A DNA stretch of 64,000 nt from positions 140,990,001-141,054,000 of the forward strand of contig NC_058368.1 in NCBI RefSeq assembly GCF_018350175.1. Direction: 5' to 3'. This document shows, one piece after another, positions 1 to 9,835 of the stretch (within the stretch, counting starts at the first letter, position 1; every line of letters begins with the position of its first letter). Below the pieces are notes generated by a model that saw only the letters and a list, made by a program, of their open reading frames with translations, was not told the origin of the DNA and did not search any database. Origin of the DNA: Felis catus (taxonomy: Eukaryota). The position numbers and the translations under genes were made by a program.

Positions 1-162
1 AGAGTGAGAGTGTGAGTGGGGGAGAGGGACAGAGGGGGAAAGAGAATTTTAAGCAGGCTCCATGCTCAGCAGAGTCCAACACAGATTCCACGGCCCTGGG
101 ATTATGACCTGAGCCAAAATCAAGAGTAGGATGCTCAACCAACTGAGCCACCCAGGTGTCCC
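1..162 (-). mobile_element. Can-SINE (cut by the window edge)
   Basis: Reverse complement of the tRNA-derived head: actgagccacccaggtgtccc. Confidence 0.9.
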
Positions 163-870
163 TCAGTGAGATGAATTCAAATCCCACTCTCCCTCATCAT
201 TACTTAGTTCCCTGAGCTTGTCTCTTCCTCTACAAAATGGGCATAAGAATAATTACATCATGGGGTTGCTGCCCATGCACTTATTCTAAAGCATTTGGCA
301 CAGCTCTGGCACATGGTGCTAGTATACCTGGAATTAGAGCTAGGGAGGAAACTGGTGTTCACACAGTGACTAGCAAGGGAGATAGTGCAGCAGCTAGGAA
401 CAGGGCATCTGGAGGTATAGACTGGATTTGGATCTCAAAGCTACTACTTACAACCTACTTAGCCCCTATCTCCGTTTCCTTAGCTGTAAGTGGGCACAGT
501 ATTACCTCCTCAAGGAGCTGCTGTGAGAATAGAGTCGGATGGTACATGTACAGTGTGCAGTATATACCTAATACTTTCTCAGAGCCCCATAAATGTTATA
601 ATCGGGTGAGGGGTGGGGATGTGGAACTGAAGAGATTTGCCCTTTCCATCTGCAGTGGCACGCTATACAGAGGTAGAGACACACAGCAGGGATTGGACAT
701 GAAGCCAGAACTTGGGAAGTAAACGTGAGGCTGGAGGTAGGAGTCACTGGCACAGAGGCAGATGAGCCAAGAATGAGCGCATAAATTGGCTTAAGGAAAC
801 AATCAGACAAACCCAGAATAAAGGGCATTCTAGAAGCCAGAGGGCTGGGACTCTCAAAAAGTGTCATGGA

Positions 871-1063
871 GGGGCACCTGGGTGGCTCAGTCGGTTAAGC
901 GGCAGACTTCGGCTCAGGTCACCATCTCGCGGTCCATGAGTTTGAGCCCCGCGTCAGGCTCTGTGCTGACAGCTCAGAGCCTGGAGCCTGTTTCAGATTC
1001 TGTGTCTCCCTCTCTCTGACCCTCCCCCGTTCATGCTCTGTCTCAAAAATAAATGTTAAAAAA
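871..1063 (+). mobile_element. Can-SINE (SINEC_Fc-like) with 15-bp TSD
   Basis: Head ggggcacctgggtggctcagtcgg. TSD aaaaagtgtcatgga at 856-870 and 1064-1078. Confidence 0.95.
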
Positions 1064-1079
1064 AAAAAGTGTCATGGAA

Positions 1080-1365
1080 AAAAAAGTAATAAGGGAGCTA
1101 TTCTAGACCAAAAGAGACTAAAGTTATCAAAAAGTAATGTATGAACCTTGATTGGACCCTGTTTTGTAAGAAAGATAAAAAGACATTTTTGAGACAATGG
1201 GGAATTTTGATTAAGGACTCTGTATTAGAGGCTATTAGGATATATAGACTGAAATACTTCAGGATGAAATGCCATGTATGTTTGGGATAGAGGGCAGAGA
1301 AAATAAGGCAATATGTTAACAAGTGTTCAGTCTAGGTGGAGGGTATATGTGGGTGTTCATTTTAC
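1080..1365 (+). mobile_element. Old L1M 3' end fragment
   Basis: L1MC/ME-like 3'UTR words (gactaaag..., aagacatttttgagacaatgggg). Confidence 0.55.
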
Positions 1366-2006
1366 TAGCAAGATGAAGGCTCAAAACAAATTATATTCAG
1401 CTTACGGGTCCAGTGTAGAATGGGAAGCTGACCTCCAGGAAAGGACTTAAGTATGGGGAGGAAATACAGGCAGCAAGGATAACTGGACCCGTCTTGGGTA
1501 GTGTTAAGCTGGCGACAGTCAAGCTGGGCAAATCCTTCTTTTTAGTACAAGGGGAGACTTGTTGCTGAGGAACCAGAGTAGTCTGGGGAAGAGAGGGAAT
1601 GAGTCAGAGGAAAGGAGAAACGGTAATGGAGCAAAGGTCCAGTAAAGGTGGAAGAGGAATGGAGGCAAACGGGAAGAAGTAAAGGTGACCTCAGATGGGA
1701 GAGATGTCTTCTCTTGTGGCCCACAAGTGAGGACTGTTTTGTGGGGAACCAAGCTCCCTTCCTAAGGAGGGAGGAGCTCATGTTTTGCTAGTATGGAAGC
1801 GTAAGGCACAAACGCAGCACAGCTGCCACTGGGTCTTAAACGGAAAGGGAACAGCTGGGGTGCGCTCTCTTCAAGCTGGGGAGCAAACAGGGGTTCTCCC
1901 AGATTGCTCTGATGAGGCACTAGGATGACAGGGTAAAGAACAGTTGTGGAGGTTAAATGGCCCCCTTTTCAGAACCTCGTGCCTGGCAAAGTCAACTTGC
2001 CAAAGA

Positions 2007-2012
2007 TTTATT
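2007..2012 (-). terminator. Candidate ZBED3 polyadenylation signal AATAAA
   Basis: tttatt on + at 2007-2012, about 435 nt downstream of the stop codon. Confidence 0.6.
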
Positions 2013-2399
2013 CATGAGGAAACGAATAAAACTCTCCTTGGATAAAACGCTTGATCCTCATTTCCGTGCTCCCTCCACCCTGGGTTGCCCTGGCGGGTGT
2101 CCAGCCACGTGGTGTGGCAGTCTTTGGTACGGATGGAAGTTACAGGACTCCGGGTAATATAGGACCGAGCTGTCCTTCCGAAAGGAGTTGCAGGAAAACC
2201 ACCTCCTTGCACCGAAGCCCAACAGCAAAGGAGGCCCCTGGAGCTGGTGCTCCCAGGCATCCCGGGGCGTGGCGGGGCACAGAGCGTTAAGTGATTTTTG
2301 GTTCTACTCTGGTTTCCTAAGTGCTTCTCAAGGGTCCACATTTGGAGATCTTGGTGGGCCTGAGATTCAGCTCCCAGGTGAGGCTGATCCGTGGACCAC

Positions 2400-3270
2400 T
2401 GAGTAGCGCTGGCACGGGAGGGGTTGGGAGTGGAAAGCGGCCCAGACCTACAGGACCTTGGTAATTATGTAGCCGTCCCTCTCCCCCAAGGGCTCTTCTT
2501 TGAGCGGAGTCTGCAGCAGCGGAGTAGAGGCCAAGGCCAGGGCGCCCTCGCGGCGGCTCACTTCCCGCAGCCGCCCCTGCAGCGCCTCCCTCTCGGCCTG
2601 CAGCTCCCGCCGCGCCTGGGCCGCCGCGCGCTCCTCCTCCTGCAGGGCCCTGCGCCTCAGCTCCAGGGCGCGCTCGCCCTGCTCCACCGCCGCCTCGCGC
2701 CGCGCCAGCTCGCGCTCGCGCAGGCTGCAGCGCACGGCCAGCGCGCCCATCTGCTCCAGCAGGCGCGCCCAGTCGCCCTCGGCCGAGGGCCCGCGAGGAG
2801 GCGGCGGCGGCGGCGGCGGCAGCGGGCCCGGGGCGGCGGCCGGCGAGCTGCGGGCGGAGCTCTTCTCCAGCTCCCGTCGATGCGCGCTCTTGAGGTGCCT
2901 CCACAGCGCCGGGGTGCCCGAGTGGAAGCCCGGGCCGCGGCTCACCTGCTCCCCGCACAGCCGGCAGGTGGCCCACTGGCCCGCCGCGTGGCCCGGGCGC
3001 GCGGGGGCCAGGTGAAAGTAGCCCCAGGCCTCGCAGTAGGGCGCCCCCAGGCGGCCGGGAGGGGCCGGGGCCAGGCCGGGACACGGGCCGCCCTGCGCCG
3101 TAGCGTCGTCTGGCGCGCCGCTGTCTTCCATGGGCGTCGTCGGCTCCTCACTCCTCATTCTCTCCGCGGCGGCGTCTGCATTCGAGGGAGAAACAGGTAA
3201 GGGCAGCCGCCAGCCACACACCCACACCCACACCCACACCCACGCTCGCAACTGAGGAAACCCCTTCCGT
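2400..3270. promoter_or_regulatory. Intragenic CpG island over the ZBED3 coding exon
   Basis: Very high GC content and dense CpG compared with the CpG-depleted flanks. Confidence 0.85.
2448..3158 (-). CDS. ZBED3: Zinc finger BED domain-containing protein 3 (236 aa, single coding exon)
   Basis: ORF 2448..3251(-) read from the ATG at 3158 (MRSEEP...). It contains the BED finger (EAWGYFHL..ATCRLCGEQV...LWRHLKSAH), a Pro-rich linker, an E/R/A-rich coiled coil and the C-terminus DGYIITKVL, all matching mammalian ZBED3. The 31 extra codons in the ORF track run across a splice acceptor. Confidence 0.97.
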   Translation of the reverse strand: MRSEEPTTPMEDSGAPDDATAQGGPCPGLAPAPPGRLGAPYCEAWGYFHLAPARPGHAAGQWATCRLCGEQVSRGPGFHSGTPALWRHLKSAHRRELEKSSARSSPAAAPGPLPPPPPPPPRGPSAEGDWARLLEQMGALAVRCSLRERELARREAAVEQGERALELRRRALQEEERAAAQARRELQAEREALQGRLREVSRREGALALASTPLLQTPLKEEPLGERDGYIITKVL

Positions 3271-3480
3271 TCGGGTAGTACCTGGGGTTCTTTTTCAGTG
3301 TTAACGGTTTATTCCTCAGAAAATGTTCAACGCGTCCAGGCCTTCTTCCCTGAACTAGGAACGCTCTTCAAAATCACGTGGGTTCGCAGCTAGCGGGTAG
3401 TTACACTAAAAACTGGGAAGCCAAGCTTCTTCAGTGGAAAAACCAGCTAAATAAGTGCTCTTGTATGTATGAGTTTTAAC

Positions 3481-3690
3481 TTTTTATTTTATTTTTTTAA
3501 TGCTTTTATTTATTTTTGAGAGAGAGCGTGAGCGGGACACGGGCAGAGAGAGGGAGAGACACAGTCCAAAGCAGGCTCCAGGCCCGGAGCTGTCAGCACA
3601 GAGCCCCACATGGGCTCGAACTCATGAACTGTGAGATCATGACCTGAGCTGAGCTCACAGCCTTAACCGACTGAGCCACCCAGGCGCCCC
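3481..3690 (-). mobile_element. Can-SINE in ZBED3 intron 2
   Basis: T-rich tail, (GA)n, head ending ccaggcgcccc. Confidence 0.93.
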
Positions 3691-4035
3691 TTTCCTTTTC
3701 TTCTTAAAAATGTACTGCCTTTTCAGAATAAGAGCAAGGCTCCGTTTTGTTTTCTTCTCTTAGTGTTAGGGAACAAACTGTAGAAACGAACTGAAAAGAA
3801 AGCTTTGGGAATGAAAAATGTGTTTCTTACACTTTAGGGGGGAAAGTGCCAGTTGAACAGCCTTTTAAAAACCTCTCAGTGAGGGAACTTTTTTCAAAAT
3901 AAGTCTTTGTTTTGTGAATTTAAAAACAACGTGCTTATGAGGAAAATGGCAGCACTAAAAACCACTAAAACTTTAGTTTTAAAAATGTATGTCTTTAGGA
4001 AAACAAAAATACAAAGCAGTTTTCTAAATCGTTAC

Positions 4036-4171
4036 CTTTAAATTAGGTATTAGGCCACGTCCTGTCGGCCTTGGGGGGTCCCTGTCATTGCCTCATGGTT
4101 TCCAGCCAATGTAAGTTCTCAGGTGGACACACTGAGCAGGAATCCTGAGTTCTGAAGAACCATCAGCAGTG
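4036..4171 (-). other. ZBED3: Predicted ZBED3 non-coding exon 2 (136 nt)
   Basis: Minus strand shows a branch-like actcac, then tgaatttactcctAG|CACTG, and a donor AAG|GTAACG at 4035-4030. Size and position fit the three-exon ZBED3 structure as I recall it. Confidence 0.7.
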
Positions 4172-5878
4172 CTAGGAGTAAATTCAGAGGACAGGCAGTG
4201 AGTAAAAGAAATTCAGCAAACCGCCCCCTCAACATAGATACTAGAAATGCTGGCTAGCACCATGTTCGAGTGTTCATGTTTTTCTGACCCTGTCACAGGT
4301 GCTCCAGTTACAAAACAAAATTTGTTTTCTTTATAGCTCATCACAATGCAGTGTTCCCTTCTATATATTTAAAAGATAAAAGGCTTGATCACTACTTTTA
4401 ATGAAGGAAGAAAATAAAGAAAAGTAAGAGCTACTTGCTCTGTCCAACGTGTATGTTGTTAAAAGGATCCAAACACAACCCAATGACTGTCGCTACAAAG
4501 TCTTTTCTGTTAAAACAATTTATAGCAATAACCTACCAACCGAGGGGGAATAGAAAAGGTGAAGTTGATTCTTCAGAAAGTAGCTTCACAAAGGACCAAA
4601 TGTGTGATTCTAAACAACTTTGTTCTGGAACTTTAAAAATAGTAAGAGAACACGTGGAAGACTTGGAGCTCTTCTGAGAATTTATTTCAGGGGGAATATC
4701 AAGGCCAAGATGCGCCGTGAGATAGCCAGTGCCCATTCATACTGTCAGGCTTTGAACCAGCAGCAGTGAAGATGATAAAGTTCCAGAATCTTTTTGGTTA
4801 AACGTTAACTGGGAATGATGGAAGGCAAAGTTGGAAAAATAAGTTGCTATAATAGCAGTAGTGTTTAGCGTAAGCTTTTATTTCAATTGCTAAGATTCTT
4901 GTTACAGATACATTACAGTTTTCCAAAGCTCACTTTTCCCCCACCAAGCAAGTCTAATCAGGCTCAGGCATGACCTTTAACATATTGCTCGTATTTTTAA
5001 AAAAAGAAGGAATTTACCAGAATCATCAAAAAAGACAAGTAAGTACCAGGCTTCTTCTAACAAAAGAAATAGCTATTTGCATATCTTCTGATACATTAGG
5101 CATTGATTTGAATATGGTTACTCATGAAGGCCAATTATTATAAAACATCTTTAAAAATTAAAGGCCAGACTTCCTCCAAGAGATTTACTAAATCCCTGAA
5201 GTCCACAAAAAGGGAGTAACAGGATGAGGAGGGGAGCTACAGACCACTTTCACGGATAATTTTCTTTACGCTTAGTAAACATTATGGTTATATAACATTA
5301 TGGGTAGTCAACAGACCAGATTTTAGTATTAGACTTTGTTTTTGTTACCCAAATTTACCTAAAAAAAATTTTTTTTAGAATTCCATTTCGTCTACATTGG
5401 AATCTTCTCTTTTCAGAGTTCCTTGTTTTATTGCTAAACATAAACAAAAGTGGAGAGAATAGTATTATGAATCCTTGTTTTTTTATAAATTAAAAGAGAT
5501 TTAAAGGTATTCTAGAATATCAAGACTATTACTTTGAATTCTGATATGCTTTCTTGAGCTGGGGGTTGAAAACTATGCATAAGCTGTAGACTGTCTTACC
5601 TGTGCCACACTCTGAGAGTGATCATTACTGATGTGCCCCTAAAAGTACCAGAGGTGAACAATTAGTCATGCTTTACCTCCCTGCAAGATGTCTCTGGGTT
5701 TCTTCAAAATCTGGGATGCCCAGAGGAGTGCCACATACATGAATGCCATCTGTTACAAGAGTGAAGGTGGAAAAAAAAGAGTGAGAAGCACTGATTCTGA
5801 TGTCTTAATCAGAATTAAGACTTAGTGGACTTAGACTTAGTGGACTGCCTCATCTGAGCCATGGACAAGCAGCACTAC

Positions 5879-6016
5879 AAATGTCGGCCAGCACAGCGCT
5901 GCCCCTCCAAGGGCAGCAGAGGGACATCCTCTGCCTTGGCAGGCCTTCGCTCTCGGAGGTCTTAACCGGTGGAAGGCAGCACAGTGCTGAACTGCCTCAC
6001 CTTCTCAGTCCTCCGC
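5879..6016 (-). ncRNA. SNORA47: H/ACA box snoRNA SNORA47 (HBI-115) in ZBED3 intron 1
   Basis: Two hairpins (CGGAGG..CCTCCG and GGCC..GGCC), a hinge AGAGCG, and an ACA box 3 nt from the end (ACAttt). The sequence GGAGGACTGAGAAGGTGAGGCAG...CCACCGGTTAAGACCTCC matches SNORA47, which is known to be hosted by ZBED3. Confidence 0.92.
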
Positions 6017-6229
6017 ATACGGCTACATTCTGGTTCAATACAGTCTTCTGTTCAGACTAAGTATCTAAACGGTGACCAGCAGTCTGTGGCCACAAGTCAT
6101 AACAGCCTTCCTAGTTCTGCTAAACAACCCCTCGGCTTGTTTCAACTTTTCCTACAGTGCAGAGGGAGGGAAGCCTCCTAGCCAACCATCTTGGCTTGGA
6201 AGAGAAGCCTTAGTTAGCATCTTCAGTCA

Positions 6230-7060
6230 CAACCCTAATACACAAAGAGCTCTAACAAACTGTCAAGAAAAAGACAAATAACCCAATAAAAAAATGGGCA
6301 AGAAATATGAATAGGCAAATGACCTAAGAACAAAATTAGATGGCCAAGAAATATGTGAAAAGATACACATCACTTCTATTCAGGGAAGTGCTATTAAAGT
6401 AACAATAAGGTCTCAGATCCCTTGCACTAACAAAAATGAAGAGGTCTGTCAGCCAAAGCTAGAAGGGAGGCAAAGAAAAGGATACGTTCATACATTACTA
6501 GTGGAGATGTGAAGGCTTTTAGGAAAGCAATCTGGCAATTTCTATTAATTAAAATAAATATAATCAGGGATCCACTCCTGGGAATCTATTCTGTAGAACT
6601 AAAAGTACTAATACGTAAAGTAATGTATTAGGATATTTACTACAGTATTATCTGGGATGTCAAAAAACTGGAAACATGGGAACACCTGTCAGAAAAGAGC
6701 TGGGTAAATAATGTGTTCACACCAGGGAATTTTGTGCAGCCATTCAAAGCATGGATTGGAACTCTGCTAGATGACCTAGAGGGATTTCTGGAGGAACTCT
6801 ACAGGGAGAAAAGTCAGATGAAGTATGTATAATGTCATGATTATTAAATAATATATAGATCTATGTAGGATATATTAAGATTTTATATATATCTGAAGAG
6901 AAATAAGGAGATACACTGTTGGTTGAGGGACGGTTGAGGGGGTGGCAGCTAGTGTGAAAGGAGAAAGGGAAGCATCCAACACAAAAGAGGAAAAAGGTAC
7001 TAAGAAAGCATGCACATCTGTGGACACATTTAGGTAGACTACATATATGGCAGGGTCTGT
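6230..7060 (+). mobile_element. Old L1ME-like fragment (ORF2 end/3'UTR)
   Basis: acccaataaaaaaatgggcaa..., ggaaagcaatctggcaat, aaaaaactggaaaca. Confidence 0.7.
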
Positions 7061-7065
7061 ACATA

Positions 7066-7711
7066 CGTAGAGAGCAAGATGGAGTCACTCATGTCAGGCA
7101 AGGATGTAATGAATCAAGAAAGCAGACAAGGGTGATGAGCTGAGAACAGATAACTGCTAAAACTGTTAACAGCCTGGGGGCACCCAGAACTGATAACCAG
7201 CAAAACCAAGGGAGCCTGGAAGAAAGGAGAACCGATAATCATTAGACCCAGAAGAAGTCTGAAAGGGCTAGACTGATGAAACTCGTTTAAAAAGGGAAGA
7301 TTGTTGAGGCAAACTGCCAGATTCTCCAGATGCTGACCCTTCCATGTCCCACTGGCATCAGGCAACTGCCACTGAAGGCTCTGCTCGTTTGATCTCTGAA
7401 AGCGATGGAGATCCTCCACTGCTTGAACACAGTAAGCAGGAAGCGCTGAGTGGACCCATACTGGTCAAGGCCTCATCCCAGCTGTGTGCTCATGGACTGA
7501 CTTCGCATTTCATTCATTAACTTACCCTTACTGTATCTTTCTTGTTTTGCGTGTCATGTATGACGCCAAGTTAAATGCGTAGTGAAAGGTCTTTGAGTTT
7601 GGAGTTCTGAATCTGCTTTACAATTATGTTAACCTTGCTTTATGATTGAATAAAGCTGACATTGTGGAAAGACAGAACTTGTGTACATGCCTTCGCAGAG
7701 TGCTCGTGACA
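7066..7711 (+). mobile_element. Solo ERV LTR inserted in the L1 remnant
   Basis: Starts cgtagagagcaagatggagtc, has AATAAA at 7649-7654, ends ...gtgaCA. Near-TSD acata/gcata. Confidence 0.75.
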
Positions 7712-8569
7712 GCATAAATACAAAATAATTTAATGAAACAATCCTTGGGTATGTGAGCTCAGGCTGGGCTAAGCAACCTTAACTATGGAGACTGGAGGAT
7801 CAGTCCGATGGGGCATAGGGTGCTGCCATCTGGCCGTGGAAGGAACCCAGTGTGGAGGGTTGCTCGATATCAGGTGGTTTGCTGTGCCCTGCCTGAGCAG
7901 GAGAGTCTCGATCCACACCTCACTCATCTCCCTAGCACAGGCAGGCATTCAAGGGACACTGCATTCAATGTAATGACTTGACTCTACTTTTCTTAGGCCC
8001 AGCTCACCAAGTCCCAATCTCCCCATCTGTCAAGGGAAATGATAAGATTATCTGCCTCTAAACTGGTGGCTGAAATCAAATAATGCAGATGATCTCACTA
8101 TTGGACTCTCCAGTGCTATATCATATAAATTCAAGGCATGAGCAAACAGAAGCTACCAGCATTTACTGTTCATACATGCCCACATTAAGATCTTAGTAGC
8201 TAAAGGCAGTGTTATTTCTCTCTTTGACATTCTATTATTCACTACAATAGATAGTTTAAGTTGGAAGAATTCCCTTGAGGGTTTTTGAATATAAAAAACA
8301 AAGAATCACAGATCCACCTTCCCTCCCCAACCAAATTTATTTTCATTTCCTAAATTGACCTGCATGCAAATTTGGTTGCTCACCTCTCAGGTAGAAAATG
8401 ATGGAGGAAAAAAAAATTGATGGGGAAGTCTGGTTTCCTAGAGCCCTTTGATATGCATTTCTTCCTTACCAAGTACCCAACAAAAACACACACCTATTAA
8501 CGTATGGTTAGCTAATATGAAGAAAATGAAAAATAAGAACTCCCTAAATTTTTCCTTAGTTTTTTTTTA

Positions 8570-8788
8570 AGACAGAGGTGGTTTTTTTGTTTTGTTTTTA
8601 TGTTTATTTTTGAGAGACAGAGAATATACACCTATGAGTGAGGGAGGCACAGAGAGAGAGGGTGACAAAATCCAAAGCAGGCTCCTCGCTGTTGGCACAA
8701 AGCCCAACATGGGGCCCGAACCCATGAACCAGGAGGTCATGACCTGAGCCAAAGTAGGACGCTCAACAGACTGAACCACCTAGGTGCT
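8570..8788 (-). mobile_element. Can-SINE
   Basis: Can-SINE head and tail, reverse orientation. Confidence 0.9.
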
Positions 8789-9244
8789 CTTCTGCTTAAA
8801 CAGTTTTTAAATTATAAGAAAGATGCCAATGAATGTGATTATTTTGCTTACATCCATTCACTCCATCCATTCTCATTCAAATTGCTCATTGTGCACCTGC
8901 TCAGGGTCAGGCAAGGGCTTACTACCCAGGATGCCAAGAGAAGACCCACATAGTCCATCCCCTCCAGAAGCTTACCGTCTGGTGAGGAGAGGTGCTTCCA
9001 GCAATAATTCTGATACAGGTGGTAAAGGTCAGAGCAGTGTTCACTCATGAGGGTGAATTCCATCACACGGTGTCCATGCTGGGGAAAGGGTAGGCCTTGG
9101 GGGCCCTATATAACTGTTCATGCAGAGATTCCTGCTTCAGCATCTCTTCCCTTTCCACCTCCTTCAGGGCCCAAAAACACATTGCCACTAGTGCTAACTC
9201 TCACCAAGTTCTTTAGTCTTATAACTAGACCTCCAAGCTCACAT

Positions 9245-9453
9245 TTTACTTTTTTTTAAGTTTATTTATTTATTTTGAGAGAAAGCAAGAGCATGAGTGG
9301 GAGAGGGGCAGAGAGCGGGAGACAGAATCCCAAGCAGGCTCCATGCTGTCAGCACAGAGCCTGACATGGGGCTCGATCTCACAAACCCTGAGATCATAAT
9401 CTGGGCCAAAATCAAGAGTCAGACACTTAACCGACTGAGCCACCCAGGTGCCC
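9245..9453 (-). mobile_element. Can-SINE
   Basis: Can-SINE head and tail, reverse orientation. Confidence 0.9.
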
Positions 9454-9489
9454 TCCAGCCGATATTTTAAAATAAAATTTCTTCTTCTT

Positions 9490-9592
9490 CTTTTTTTTTT
9501 TTAACTAGGCTCCATGCCCAACATGGTGCTTGAACTCAAGACCCTGAGATCAAGAGTCGGGTGCTCTACCAACTGAGCCAGACAGGTGCTCC
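9490..9592 (-). mobile_element. Short tRNA-Lys-like Can-SINE (old form without the CT tract)
   Basis: tRNA-like head followed directly by poly(A). Confidence 0.8.
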
Positions 9593-9629
9593 TAAAATAC
9601 AATTTCTTGATGCTAAATGAAAGTAGCTA

Positions 9630-9835
9630 GGGGCACCTGGGTGGCTCAGTTGGTTCAGCCTCTGACTCTTGGTTTTGGCTCAGGTCATGATCTCTTGGTT
9701 TGTGGGTTCGACCCCCACGTTGGGCTCTGTGCTGACAGCATGGTGCCTGCTTGGGATTCTCTCTCCCTCTCTGTTTGCTTCTTCCCAGCTCATGTGCACA
9801 TTCTCTCTCTAAATAAATAAGTAAACTTAAAAAAA
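9630..9835 (+). mobile_element. Can-SINE
   Basis: Head ggggcacctggg. TSD-like aaagtagcta/aaagtggcta. Confidence 0.92.

Larger units (their letters stand above)
1990..3175 (-). other. ZBED3: ZBED3 terminal exon (17-nt 5'UTR, CDS, about 450-nt 3'UTR)
   Basis: Minus-strand acceptor ...gtttctccctcgaatgcAG|ACGCC (AG at 3177-3176). AATAAA at 2012-2007(-). The 3' end is estimated. Confidence 0.75.

Noticed and set aside
237..722. 161-aa ORF
   Set aside because: Runs through MIR-derived sequence and has no recognisable domain.
2317..3200. Long overlapping ORFs (255 aa -, 258 aa +, 171 aa +)
   Set aside because: Shadow frames of a very GC-rich exon where stops are rare. Low-complexity G/A/R/P products.
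3159..3251. N-terminal extension MRAWVWVWVWVC... of the 267-aa ORF
   Set aside because: It starts at a non-ATG codon, runs through the intronic GGGTGT repeat and crosses the splice acceptor at 3176-3177. Homology begins at MRSEEP.
9490..9592. tRNA-Lys(CTT)-like sequences (also 24800-24891 and 55103-55190)
   Set aside because: They have poly(A) tails and degenerate stems, so they are old Can-SINE heads, not tRNA genes.
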